NCBI GenBank assembly: GCA_046318155.1
Contig: JBKCUU010000081.1
Coordinates: forward strand, 1 to 25,087
Reading direction: 5' to 3'
Source: Bdellovibrio sp.
GTDB lineage: Bacteria > Bdellovibrionota > Bdellovibrionia > Bdellovibrionales > Bdellovibrionaceae
Length of the DNA stretch: 25,087 nucleotides
Shown: in pieces, positions 7,928 through 16,773 of the stretch
Layout: each line of letters starts with the position of its first letter
Position numbering within the stretch: position 1 is the stretch's first letter
The notes under the pieces: model-generated
The model's input: the letters and a program-made list of their open reading frames with translations, nothing else
What the model was told of the DNA's origin: nothing
Databases searched by the model: none
Position numbers and translations under genes: made by a program

Positions 7928-8482
7928 ATGAAAACAAAAATTTTGACCCTCGTCGTGATTGGAGTCCTGGCGGCCTCGATCTGCTCAGCAAAGCCGAAGC
8001 GTTCAGGTCACGTTCACACCCACGGCGAGGTCAACGTCGACATCGGAGCCGAGGGAAACAAAGCCAGCGTCAGCTTTAGCATCGACACTCATAGCCTCCT
8101 GGGTTTTGAGCGCCCGGCAAAAACCGCAAAAGAAAAAGCAGCGGTCGAACAGGTTTATAAGACCTTTCGCAGCGAGATCGGCCAGCTCTTTGCTTTTGAT
8201 CCAAAGCTCAACTGCAAATTCGAAGAAAGAAAGCTTTTGATCGGCCCCGAAGGCAAGCACGAGGCCGCCGAGAGCCACGCTCATGACCACGTAAAAGGCG
8301 GGCACCAATCTCTGTTCGGTGATTTCAACATCACCTGCGCCAGTCAAGTCGCTCCCAGTAAAGTCCGCGTTGATCTAAAATCGAGATTTAGTGGTATTCG
8401 CAAAATCAAGGTGAAAGTTCTCACCGAAGCAGGAGCGGATTCAGCCGAGCTTCCTGGCTCTGGTGAAGTTAATTTGAAGTAA
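7928..8482 (+). CDS. zrgA: ZrgA (DUF2796) family periplasmic zinc-binding protein
   Basis: Signal peptide, HVHTHG, LLGFE, His-rich loop (HEAAESHAHDH...GH), Cys pair; strong AAGGAGG RBS. Confidence 0.8.
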   Translation: MKTKILTLVVIGVLAASICSAKPKRSGHVHTHGEVNVDIGAEGNKASVSFSIDTHSLLGFERPAKTAKEKAAVEQVYKTFRSEIGQLFAFDPKLNCKFEERKLLIGPEGKHEAAESHAHDHVKGGHQSLFGDFNITCASQVAPSKVRVDLKSRFSGIRKIKVKVLTEAGADSAELPGSGEVNLK

Positions 8483-8566
8483 ACAGAGATCGTCGAGAAT
8501 CGCTTGGCAAAACTGCGCAGCCCAAGTCCACACATGGTGAGGCCCTCACCTTCTTAAGAACCAAGT

Positions 8567-9361
8567 TTAGATGGTCGGTAAAAAGGACGAGGGCAGCTGT
8601 CCGGTGTGCTTTCGGAAGGTCGCAATGAATTGCGAGACGGAGCTATAGCCGACGTCAAAAGCGGTATCCGTCACTGTTTTTTTTCCAGTCGAAAGCAATT
8701 TTTTCGCCTGATCAATTCGATAAAAAGTAACAACTTGCTTTGGGCTTAATCCAAATTCTTTGAGGAATAGTCGATTCAGATTTCTAACACTCAGCCCTGA
8801 TTTCTTGGCGATGAGTTCAGCCGAAAGATTTGAGGAGAATTCGTCCGCAATAAACTGCAAACTTTTTTTCATTCTTTCGTCTTCGGTTCGCCCCATGAGA
8901 TGAGAAAGCTCGCCGCTATAATTTTCTTTTCCAGCCTCAAGCATTTCCGAAAGTGTTTGCACCAGAGTTTGGACAAGAGCGACTGCGGCTTTTGTTTTGG
9001 GATAAATTAGAAGCTGAAAAATAATCTCTTTACAGAGCTGACTTGCAGATATACACGCGGCTTCAAAGGAGCCTCCATCGTATTTATCCCAAGCTTTTTT
9101 CTCGAAAATCAAAATAGCTCTTTCGCCTTGAGATGCCGAGTCTGCCTTGAACGAATGTGACAGACCGGGTGGCATGTAAATCAATTTTCCAGCACCAGCC
9201 TTGAGAAGTTCGCCGTTAACATTGATTTGGATTTCACCCTGCAATGGAAAGAAGAACTCATGTTCATCATGCTCGTGATCGCTAACTTCATTTCCACGGA
9301 TTTTTTGGTGGATAATCGTTAAGCCGTTGAGATGAATGAATGTATCCTTGTCTTGTCCCAT
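8567..9361 (-). CDS. AraC-family transcriptional regulator with an N-terminal cupin domain
   Basis: HEHDEHEFFF...PPGLSHSF cupin; C-terminal LSVRNLNRLF...RIDQAKKLL...DVGYSSVSQFIATFRKHTGQLP double HTH. Confidence 0.93.
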   Translation of the reverse strand: MGQDKDTFIHLNGLTIIHQKIRGNEVSDHEHDEHEFFFPLQGEIQINVNGELLKAGAGKLIYMPPGLSHSFKADSASQGERAILIFEKKAWDKYDGGSFEAACISASQLCKEIIFQLLIYPKTKAAVALVQTLVQTLSEMLEAGKENYSGELSHLMGRTEDERMKKSLQFIADEFSSNLSAELIAKKSGLSVRNLNRLFLKEFGLSPKQVVTFYRIDQAKKLLSTGKKTVTDTAFDVGYSSVSQFIATFRKHTGQLPSSFLPTI

Positions 9362-9561
9362 GCACGTCGAAATTACCTCTTATGCCGGCAAGTTACATCC
9401 AAAGTGGGTAAATATGACAACGCGTGTTGCATGGTTTCGCAATCAAATCTCGGAAATGGCTGATTTTAGCATGATCGTAGGCTGGATCTCGGAAGCGGGT
9501 TTCAGTAAGTGCGGGTAAATTGGATTCTAACGATAAGAACAAAAACAAATGGAGGCTTACC

Positions 9562-10554
9562 ATGAACATAAAAAATTGCCTGCTGGCATTCGCAGCATTA
9601 CCAACCTTAATTTCAATCGGCTGTACGGTTGCCCCGGTGAAAGGAGATCGAGCTTTCAACCCATCAAAATCAACCCCGCAAATTTATGAATTTGAGTCCG
9701 ATGGCAATGGGTTCAACACAAAAAATTTCTTTTATGACAACGGCGAAGAGGTGATCGCGTTCGACACTCAATTCACACCAGACACCGCTAAAAAATCGAT
9801 CGAGTTTTTAAGAACTAGAACTCGAAATCCAATTACTTATGTTGTGATCACTCATCCGAATCCTGACAAATTCAATGGAATGAGCGTTTTCCAAGAACAA
9901 GGAGCAAAAGTTATCGCATCACGTGCAACGGCCGGTAGTATGAAGGGTGTTCAAGACTATAAAAAATACCACTTTGTTAACATAGCGAAAATGTTTACTG
10001 ACGACAGCTATCCAAAGCTTTCCCAAGCTGACATTCTCTTCGATCAAAATTACGAAATCGAACTCCAAAACGGCGAGATCATCGAACTTTCGGAGCTTTC
10101 ATCTGCAGGTGTAAGCAGCAATCAGACAGTCGCTTCGATTGCTTCGCAAAACGCTCTTGTTGTTGGTGACCTGATTCATCACAAAGCACACGCATGGCTT
10201 GAGGGCGGCATCGTTAACGGAAAACCGACGCCGACTTTGAAGGGCTGGATTGCTGACTTGAAGCAGATTTCAGCTAAATTCGGTTCAAAAAATCCAACCG
10301 TTTATGGTGGGCGTGGCGAAGCAGTCGCACTTAATGTCGCGGTTGAAGATCAAATCGACTACTTGAAAAGAGCCGACGCGATTGTTTCTAAATACATTGC
10401 TGCACTTGGAACTCGCAAAACCGAGCTTCAGAGTGTCAACGCAGGTCAACACTACATGGCCATTCAAAAGCTCTTGGAAAAAACATTCCCAGGTTACCAA
10501 TTGGGCTACATGATCCAGTATGGTGTGTACGGATTGGTTAACTCGAAGCTCTGA
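9562..10554 (+). CDS. MBL-fold lipoprotein with a degenerate metal-binding motif
   Basis: ATG 9562 follows GGAGG; lipobox-like ISIG|C; IAFDTQF, VVITHPNPDKFNG and VVGDL motifs of the metallo-beta-lactamase fold. Confidence 0.8.
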   Translation: MNIKNCLLAFAALPTLISIGCTVAPVKGDRAFNPSKSTPQIYEFESDGNGFNTKNFFYDNGEEVIAFDTQFTPDTAKKSIEFLRTRTRNPITYVVITHPNPDKFNGMSVFQEQGAKVIASRATAGSMKGVQDYKKYHFVNIAKMFTDDSYPKLSQADILFDQNYEIELQNGEIIELSELSSAGVSSNQTVASIASQNALVVGDLIHHKAHAWLEGGIVNGKPTPTLKGWIADLKQISAKFGSKNPTVYGGRGEAVALNVAVEDQIDYLKRADAIVSKYIAALGTRKTELQSVNAGQHYMAIQKLLEKTFPGYQLGYMIQYGVYGLVNSKL

Positions 10555-10578
10555 ATCCAGAATCCAAATTGAACACTG

Positions 10579-10606
10579 AGAGCCACCTGGAAATGGTGGC
10601 TCTTTC
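10579..10606 (+). terminator. Probable terminator hairpin after the MBL gene
   Basis: AGAGCCACC-tggaaat-GGTGGCTCT followed by TTC; the U-tract is short. Confidence 0.5.
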
Positions 10607-10876
10607 GTCCTGAGAGATTCTTGACGTGCCATCCGTCCTTAGCGACCCATTCAAATTCTATTGTTTTTGGATCAACCTGAGTAATCATGCATTCCAGGAT
10701 CAGGTATAACTTCATTTGAGCTGAAGACAAAGAGCTGCCGACGGCACCTTAAGTTGAGCCGCTGACGGTGACCGTCGAAAAGTTCGACATGGTAGACAGT
10801 TGTATTGACCAGCTGGGAGTTTTGGTTACCACTTGAAAATGAAGAATCGAACCAAAGTTTCGCTTCAGCGAAACTT

Positions 10877-10961
10877 TGGTACCCGGGACAGGACTTGAAC
10901 CTGCACACCTCTCGGCACCAGATCCTAAGTCTGGCGTGTCTACCAATTCCACCACCCGGGC
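10877..10961 (-). tRNA. tRNA-Leu (anticodon UAG)
   Basis: GCCCGGG TGGTGGAATTGGTAGACACG CCAGA CT-TAG-GA TCTGG TGCCGAGAGGTG T GCAGG TTCAAGT CCTGT CCCGGGT A CCA; 85 nt, long variable arm, encoded CCA. Confidence 0.97.
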
Positions 10962-10970
10962 AAGGGTTCT

Positions 10971-11366
10971 TTATGATTTCGGTTCGGCGATCAACTTCTT
11001 GTACTCTGTTGCACGCATCAAATTGGCGAGTTCTTTCTCGGTGTCCATTTCGATACGAACAAGCCAGCCATCGTTCATGGGGTTGTCGTTCAATACTGCA
11101 GGGTCATCCGTGAGGGAAGTATTAATTTCGATCACGGTGCCAGAAACGGGCGCAAATAAATCGCTCACGGCTTTCACAGATTCAACGACGCCGAAAGGTT
11201 CGTTCTGGGTGACCTTTTGTCCTTCTTCAGGAAGTTCCACGTAAACGATTTCGCCCAATGAGTCTTGTGCAAATTCGGTGATGCCGACCGTGACGATGTT
11301 CTCATCAACTTGAGCCCACTCGTGATCTTTCGTGTAGTAGTATTCTTCCGGAACATGAACAGCCAT
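10971..11366 (-). CDS. gcvH: Glycine cleavage system H protein
   Basis: YYTKDHEW, VGITEFAQDSLGEIVYV and the lipoyl-lysine motif VESVKAVSD. Confidence 0.97.
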   Translation of the reverse strand: MAVHVPEEYYYTKDHEWAQVDENIVTVGITEFAQDSLGEIVYVELPEEGQKVTQNEPFGVVESVKAVSDLFAPVSGTVIEINTSLTDDPAVLNDNPMNDGWLVRIEMDTEKELANLMRATEYKKLIAEPKS

Positions 11367-11405
11367 GGGCCACTCCTTCAGGACATCTCAAAAGAGATTC
11401 CGTGC

Positions 11406-12509
11406 TTAAACGTTAACAAAAGGGGTCGGACAAACCTGAGCCTTTACTTTTCGGCCCCTAATATCTACCAAAATCTCGGAGCCGACAGAAGCGTAGGGCA
11501 CTGCGACAAACGCGATTCCGATCCCGACTTCGAGGCTCGGGGAGTGGGTTCCGCTGGTCACGATGCCAATTTTTTCGCCACACTGACCGTCTTTGACCGC
11601 AAAAAGCTCGTAACCTTGGCGCGGAATGCCCTTTTCGGTGATTTTGAGGCCCACGAGCTGACGTTTGAGGCCCTTTTCTTTAGCTGCCAGCATGGGGGCT
11701 TTTCCGATGAAGTCTTTTTTGGTCGGCTTGAGGACCCAGCCCAATCCCGACTCATAAGGGATCGTCGTGTCGTCAATTTCGTGCCCATACAAAGAGAATT
11801 TCATTTCGGTGCGCAAAGTATCGCGCGCGCCTAATCCGATGGGTTGAATTTGATCGTTAGATCCTTCTTTGAGAAGGGTATTCCAAAGATTGATCGTTCC
11901 AGCAGCTTCGACAAAAATCTCGCCGCCCTTTTCGCCGGTGTAGCCAGTCGAAGCGACAATGATTTTTGAACCTTGAAACTCGCCTTGCAAAACTTGGTTT
12001 CGCGACATGCTTGTGATGGGCATTTTCAGAACACGTTCCATGAGTGCGGGAGCCTTTGGTCCTTGAACGGCGATCTGTCCCCACGTTTCACATTCATTCG
12101 TGAGGTCTGCGCCTTTGTTGTTTTGAACCATCCACGCCCAGTCTTTGTCGGCATTGGAGGCATTCACGCAGACCAGATAGTCTTGAGGAGCGAGGCAGTA
12201 GACATAAATGTCATCCACAAGTCCGCCCTCATGATTGGGGAGCAAGCTGTACTGGGCTTCGCCGGGTTTTAGTTTTGAGACCTCATTGGTGGTGAGCCAT
12301 TCAAGAGTTTCGAGGGCCTTGGGGCCTTTAACGCGGATTTCGCCCATGTGAGAGACATCGAACAAGCCAACATTTTGACGGACGCAGAGGTGTTCTTCTT
12401 TGAGGCCTTTGTAGGTGACCGGCATCCACCAGCCCGCGAAATCGACCATCTTTGCACCGAGGCGAACATGTTCGTCCGCCAGGGGAGTTTTTTTGATATT
12501 TTGAGACAT
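11406..12509 (-). CDS. gcvT: Glycine cleavage system aminomethyltransferase T
   Basis: [28 protein letters not shown] and [11 protein letters not shown] motifs; start ATG 12509 follows GGAGG. Confidence 0.96.
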   Translation of the reverse strand: MSQNIKKTPLADEHVRLGAKMVDFAGWWMPVTYKGLKEEHLCVRQNVGLFDVSHMGEIRVKGPKALETLEWLTTNEVSKLKPGEAQYSLLPNHEGGLVDDIYVYCLAPQDYLVCVNASNADKDWAWMVQNNKGADLTNECETWGQIAVQGPKAPALMERVLKMPITSMSRNQVLQGEFQGSKIIVASTGYTGEKGGEIFVEAAGTINLWNTLLKEGSNDQIQPIGLGARDTLRTEMKFSLYGHEIDDTTIPYESGLGWVLKPTKKDFIGKAPMLAAKEKGLKRQLVGLKITEKGIPRQGYELFAVKDGQCGEKIGIVTSGTHSPSLEVGIGIAFVAVPYASVGSEILVDIRGRKVKAQVCPTPFVNV

Positions 12510-12567
12510 GAGATCCTCCAGGTGACCTGAAAAAGATCTCGTCGATGGACTGGTTGAAGTCAACCTT

Positions 12568-13257
12568 CTACTGACCAGCCCAAGCGTACATCAGAGCGCC
12601 ATTTTTAATTTGGCTGACGATGGTTTTTAACACACGGGGATCCAGGGCGGGGCAACCGTGGCTGCGCCCTGCCATTTGACGACCACCATCACGGACATAG
12701 CTGGCCGCGTGAACAACCACCGCTCGTGAACGGGCATTGGAGTTGGTCGGTGACAAACCATCCAGGCGCAGCGAGTAGCCGTGCTTCCCCACATAGGTTT
12801 CAGCTGTTCGGTAAAAACCAAGAGAAGTGGCATAAGACCGGTCTCGGTTCGAAAACGTTTGCGCTCGGCCCGAGCGTTGTGGATCAGAGCCTCGCCCGTG
12901 CGAGGTTGCATGCGTGTTCACCGCACCCGTTTTCATATTGATCACGTACAAACGCTCATTGGCCGCGGGCTGCGTGAAATCAATGACGACGATGTAATCG
13001 CGGTTCGTGAATTTCTCGCGGTTGGTTTTAAAATAAGTCAGGGCCTGACGGAGGGGGCGGTCTGGGACGACATTGCGTGGATCCAAGTGATCAAACTCTT
13101 TCAAATCCAAACGTCCCGAATCTTGTTGATAAGATCCTGGCGAAGTTTGCGTTTGGTTTAAGGGTTGCTGTCCTTGCCCTTGGCTTCGTTGACTCGCAGC
13201 CTGCGCTGTTATCGAGAGAAGGCCCATCACCAAAATTGAAACTGAAAGATTTTTCAT
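12568..13257 (-). CDS. Murein L,D-transpeptidase catalytic-domain protein (YkuD_2 family)
   Basis: Signal peptide MKNLSV...AQA; IDFTQP, HGRGS, TSLGFY, SLRLDGL and catalytic VVH...GRSHGC; ATG 13257 follows GGAGG. The 13665 start in the ORF track is an antisense extension over tam. Confidence 0.9.
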   Translation of the reverse strand: MKNLSVSILVMGLLSITAQAASQRSQGQGQQPLNQTQTSPGSYQQDSGRLDLKEFDHLDPRNVVPDRPLRQALTYFKTNREKFTNRDYIVVIDFTQPAANERLYVINMKTGAVNTHATSHGRGSDPQRSGRAQTFSNRDRSYATSLGFYRTAETYVGKHGYSLRLDGLSPTNSNARSRAVVVHAASYVRDGGRQMAGRSHGCPALDPRVLKTIVSQIKNGALMYAWAGQ

Positions 13258-13465
13258 GTGAATCCTCCGATCACGGTGGGATCTCCTCCAATAAAAAGGC
13301 CATGGTGAGGGCAGGGTCTTGTCTTGTTTAATTGGATCTCGGAATTGGGGGATTGAAAAGACTACTCGGAGTGTCCAAGACTTGCGCTGGACCTTTGAGA
13401 AACAGCCAAAAAACGTCACGGCATTTCGTTGCTGACCGCAAAGCAGTCGTTGTTTAGAATAAGAT

Positions 13466-14054
13466 ATGGAAAAAGACGGATGGAATCCGAACCAATACGA
13501 AAAGTTCAAAAAAGAACGGTTCCAGCCGTTCTTTGACTTGGTGGAGCTTCTGCAACCGTCTAACGCTCCTCGGATCATAGATTTGGGTTGCGGGACTGGG
13601 GAATTAACAAAAATACTCCACGAGCGTTTTCCGTCAGCAAGCACAACTGGAATCGATTCATCCACTGAAATGTTGCAGAAAGCCTGATTATCCGACCCAC
13701 GTTTTGGCGAACGAAATGGCCGGTGAAGACCGATGGCGTCTTCGGCTTAAAACAGAAAAAGGTGAGCAGCAGAAGACCATACTGACCGTCGAGGAGTACG
13801 CCAAGCTTCTTTACGATCTGGGATTCAAAGAACAAAAAGTGAATTTAAAAGTTTATGGCCATGTTCTTGAGGACAGAGAAGGCGTTATTGAATGGGTCAA
13901 GGGGACCTTGCTCACGTCTTTTAAGAGTCACCTTTCGGAAGACCACTACCAAGAATTTGTGACTAAATTTCGCAGGCGACTCTTCGAGCAGCTTGCAGAT
14001 GACAGACCATTTTTTTACCCCTTCAAACGAGTGCTCCTTTGGGCCCGGACTTAA
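13466..14054 (+). pseudogene. tam: trans-aconitate 2-methyltransferase-like gene, internally deleted and frameshifted
   Basis: N-part WNPNQY...ERFQPFFDL...IDLGCGTG...GIDSSTEML stops at TGA 13685. The next frame resumes at once with DYPTHVLA...EWVKGTLL...FFYPFKRVLLWA. The central SAM-MTase motifs (FSNAALxW, GGxLAVQ) are absent. Confidence 0.8.
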
Positions 14055-14071
14055 GCTCTTGCAACAGAATG

Positions 14072-14170
14072 GGAGCGGTGACGAAAAGACCGGCGCAAAG
14101 CCGGCACCGGACTCCGCTTGAGTCCGATACGGGGCTCGCGCTGAATTCGTCGATGGATCCCGGCGGCTCC
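14072..14170 (-). other. ~100-nt rod-like imperfect hairpin (candidate structured RNA or terminator region)
   Basis: Nested stems GGAGC/GCTCC, GACGAA/TTCGTC, GCGCGAGCC/GGCTTTGCGC and GTATCGGACTC/GAGTCCGGTGC, with three G-U pairs on the minus strand. Confidence 0.5.
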
Positions 14171-14176
14171 AAGTTT

Positions 14177-14836
14177 TTAACGTTTACTCGTTCGGCGAGC
14201 CTTACAGGTCATGGCCTTTTTCGTGACAACGGGAATATCCAGAACTTGTTCCGTATCAAGATCAACGTACTGTTCTGCTTGTTCGTAATTTGTGTATTCA
14301 ATTTCGTTGGAGTTTAAATTTTTAAACAACCAACCATGTGAATCAACCGCGAGAACCTTCCCGTTTTTTGTATAAACATCTTTATAGGTGTCGCTTGCAG
14401 AAGATGTCGAATACTTACGTTCAATTGTAACCCTTCTGAGCGTCGGCACAGAACCAGGTTTTTGCCGACTGTGAGTAATGAGACTCATCGCCTCGGTGAG
14501 ATTCATGACGTAGGTATGAGAATAGTTAGGATTTGATAAATTAAAACGAATATCACCATACGCTGTCGCGGTCCCGACCCAGCCTGCACCGTAGGACACG
14601 GAAGTCTGAAGCTTAAAAGGAAGGTCGTTTTCTTCTCCGCAGTCCGTCGTTTTTTCGTCTTGAAGACACACACAGCTCGAAGAGTCCGTGACAAATTTTG
14701 CGCTCCTCAATTTGCTCAAAATCGATTCATTGTCTACTTTTGAAAATGCGGTGACCGAAGCGGTTGCCGTAAACAAAAACGCCAAGAAAGCAGCGACTTT
14801 GAGTTGATTTTCTTTTGCGATCTTAAACTTCAACAT
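14177..14836 (-). CDS. Secreted hypothetical protein
   Basis: 219-aa ORF, GGAGG RBS, hydrophobic signal segment (VAAFLAFLFTATASVTAFS), four Cys. Confidence 0.7.
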   Translation of the reverse strand: MLKFKIAKENQLKVAAFLAFLFTATASVTAFSKVDNESILSKLRSAKFVTDSSSCVCLQDEKTTDCGEENDLPFKLQTSVSYGAGWVGTATAYGDIRFNLSNPNYSHTYVMNLTEAMSLITHSRQKPGSVPTLRRVTIERKYSTSSASDTYKDVYTKNGKVLAVDSHGWLFKNLNSNEIEYTNYEQAEQYVDLDTEQVLDIPVVTKKAMTCKARRTSKR

Positions 14837-14847
14837 AAAACCTCCAT

Positions 14848-16508
14848 TGATACCGTTCCAAATCCTGTGGGATTAATTTCCCAGTTTTCAGGGGATCGGT
14901 TCCTATTGGTGAATCATAATGCGACAGTTGTGCCAGCGGTCTTGTTTAGTTTAATTCGATCTGAAGAGAAAAAGGATGTCTAAGCACTTTACAAGTGCCG
15001 TGAGATTTTGTTGAACTTTTTGACACGCAGTTTTTTATTTGAAAAATCCTGCGTTTAGTTTTTCGATTAAGCCACGCTGATGGCTTTCTTGTTTTGAATT
15101 TCCACGCAATTGGGATTGATAGCAAGGAGGCCTTTTTTATGACGACAGCATTGAATAAACTTTCCCTGCATCTTAAATCTGAAATTTCACTCAAAGATTT
15201 CTCATTTTCCCAGCTGATTTTGGCTGTGAAACAACTCTTCGATACCGAAGGCATCCCAGGGCTTGTCAAAGTTCTTGTGGTTTTAATCGAAAATCTGCTT
15301 ATAAAAAGTGGTGTCCAATGCCCTCGTTGCCAGAGTGAAAAACATCATTTTCATATTAAACAAGATCGAAAACTCAAAACCTCCATCGGCGAAGTGAGTT
15401 TGCTCGTCTGCAGACTCCTTTGCCAAGGTTGCGGGAAAACATTTTGCCCATTCAGCACGCTTCTTGATTTGGATAGGTATTCCAGAAAAAGCCGAGAATT
15501 TGAAAAACTCTCTCTGGAAACTGTGACAAATCAAAGCTTCAGACGTAGCTCTCGAGTTTTGGCGGATTCAATCGGATTTAATACGTCTCACTCGACACTG
15601 CACCGCTGGTTTTCCAAAACCGATGCCACAAATATTGATGTGAATAAAAAAGTCGATTTCCTTGTCGCCGATGGTACTGGTTTTAAAAAAGACTACGACG
15701 AAAACGATTCCAACCGCGGTGAAGTTCGCATTGTCATTGGGTACAACGAATCCGGCGAAGTCATTCCCTTTGGGGCTTGGACCCGCGCCGGTTGGAAAAA
15801 TATCGGAAGATTTTTGAAAGCAAAAAATCATCCTTCTGAGAAAATTAAATTTAAACCCATTGCGCGAACCCTTGTCACTGACGGAGAAGAGGAGCTTGTC
15901 AACGCCCTTAAAAAGCTCGCAGGCAATCACCAGCGCTGTTTATTCCACATGACCCATGAACTGACTCCACTTCTGAGGTACAAAGATATTGTCGGAAAAG
16001 ATGAGGCCATCAAAATATCGAAGCAGCTGGATGAGCTGCTATACTTGGATTTGCCTGCTGCTGACGCCGATCCCCTGAAATCATTGGAAGACAAACTGAA
16101 AATTGAAATTAAGCTTAAGGAAATGAACACGGCAATCGACAACTTCATCACTGAGCTAAAAATGCTTGGCTACAAGAAGGCGAAAACTTTTGTGGAAAAG
16201 GCTAAGGCTCAACTCTTCACGTATATTGATAACTGGATTAAGACTGGGATCTCAAATCCGAAAGTGACTTCGCTTGTGGAAAGAATCATGCGAGAAATAA
16301 AACGAAGGATCAAAAAAATTGGATTCAAATGGAGTGAAAAAGGAGCTGAGAAGATGACCCGACTTGTGTTGCTACAACTCGGCTCTACAAAACATTTTTG
16401 GGATAATCGCTGGACTGCCAAGATGGGATCCAGTGCAAACATCAAACTTTCATTTTTAGGTGTGAGTGTGGAAACCTAGAAAATCCCAACAACTTTGGGA
16501 CGGTAGCC
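14848..16508 (+). mobile_element. ISH6-like insertion sequence (~1661 bp)
   Basis: Imperfect 27-bp terminal inverted repeats: 14848-14874 TGATACCGTTCCAAATCCTGTGGGATT vs the reverse complement of 16482-16508 GGCTACCGTCCCAAAGTTGTTGGGATT (19/27 identical). They enclose a DDE transposase. The element is AT-rich and no target duplication is visible. Confidence 0.75.
15139..16479 (+). CDS. DDE transposase, ISH6/ISLre2 (UPF0236, Mutator-like) type
   Basis: ATG 15139 follows AAGGAGG; Zn-finger CPRC...CQGC; catalytic ADGT, VTDGE, CxxH (CLFH) and TSLVERIMRE...KWSEKGA. Confidence 0.88.
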   Translation: MTTALNKLSLHLKSEISLKDFSFSQLILAVKQLFDTEGIPGLVKVLVVLIENLLIKSGVQCPRCQSEKHHFHIKQDRKLKTSIGEVSLLVCRLLCQGCGKTFCPFSTLLDLDRYSRKSREFEKLSLETVTNQSFRRSSRVLADSIGFNTSHSTLHRWFSKTDATNIDVNKKVDFLVADGTGFKKDYDENDSNRGEVRIVIGYNESGEVIPFGAWTRAGWKNIGRFLKAKNHPSEKIKFKPIARTLVTDGEEELVNALKKLAGNHQRCLFHMTHELTPLLRYKDIVGKDEAIKISKQLDELLYLDLPAADADPLKSLEDKLKIEIKLKEMNTAIDNFITELKMLGYKKAKTFVEKAKAQLFTYIDNWIKTGISNPKVTSLVERIMREIKRRIKKIGFKWSEKGAEKMTRLVLLQLGSTKHFWDNRWTAKMGSSANIKLSFLGVSVET

Positions 16509-16569
16509 AAAGAATTTCGAGATGAATTTTCTTTGCTCAACGAGAACAGTTCTTATGGATGCCTCACGG

Positions 16570-16585
16570 TGCGATAGTTAAGCCA
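16570..16585 (-). promoter_or_regulatory. Putative sigma54 promoter pointing into the IS right end
   Basis: Minus strand TGGCTTAACTATCGCA with GG-N10-GC spacing. Confidence 0.4.
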
Positions 16586-16773
16586 ATGCTTAGATATAGA
16601 CATAATCGTTTTGAGGCCCAAAGAGCTGTCGATGAGCCTTGCAAACTGCCGTACTTTGGCGCTCCCATCCCGTAGGGCTAAGCTCATATATGTTTTGTTT
16701 GACGTTTTCAGTCGGTAAGCTAGCCGCTCCGAAGGATGGCATCAAATCGGCATGGGGTGATTCTCAAGGTTCA

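Noticed and set aside
10506..10850. Short minus-strand ORFs downstream of the tRNA
   Set aside because: There is no RBS or recognisable family, and they overlap the terminator; possibly a decayed gene fragment but not supportable.
8483..10876. Classical tRNA-integrated genomic island
   Set aside because: There is no integrase, and I found no duplicate of the tRNA 3' end near 8.5 kb; only lower GC and position support it.
13258..13665. 136-aa N-terminal extension of the L,D-transpeptidase
   Set aside because: It is antisense to tam, and the RBS and signal peptide indicate a start at 13257.
14055..14176. Integron attC site or c-di-GMP-I riboswitch (GAAA...CGCAAAGCC on the plus strand)
   Set aside because: It lacks proper RYYYAAC/GTTRRRY ends, the riboswitch GCAAAC and tetraloop-receptor elements are missing, and there is no downstream gene on that strand.
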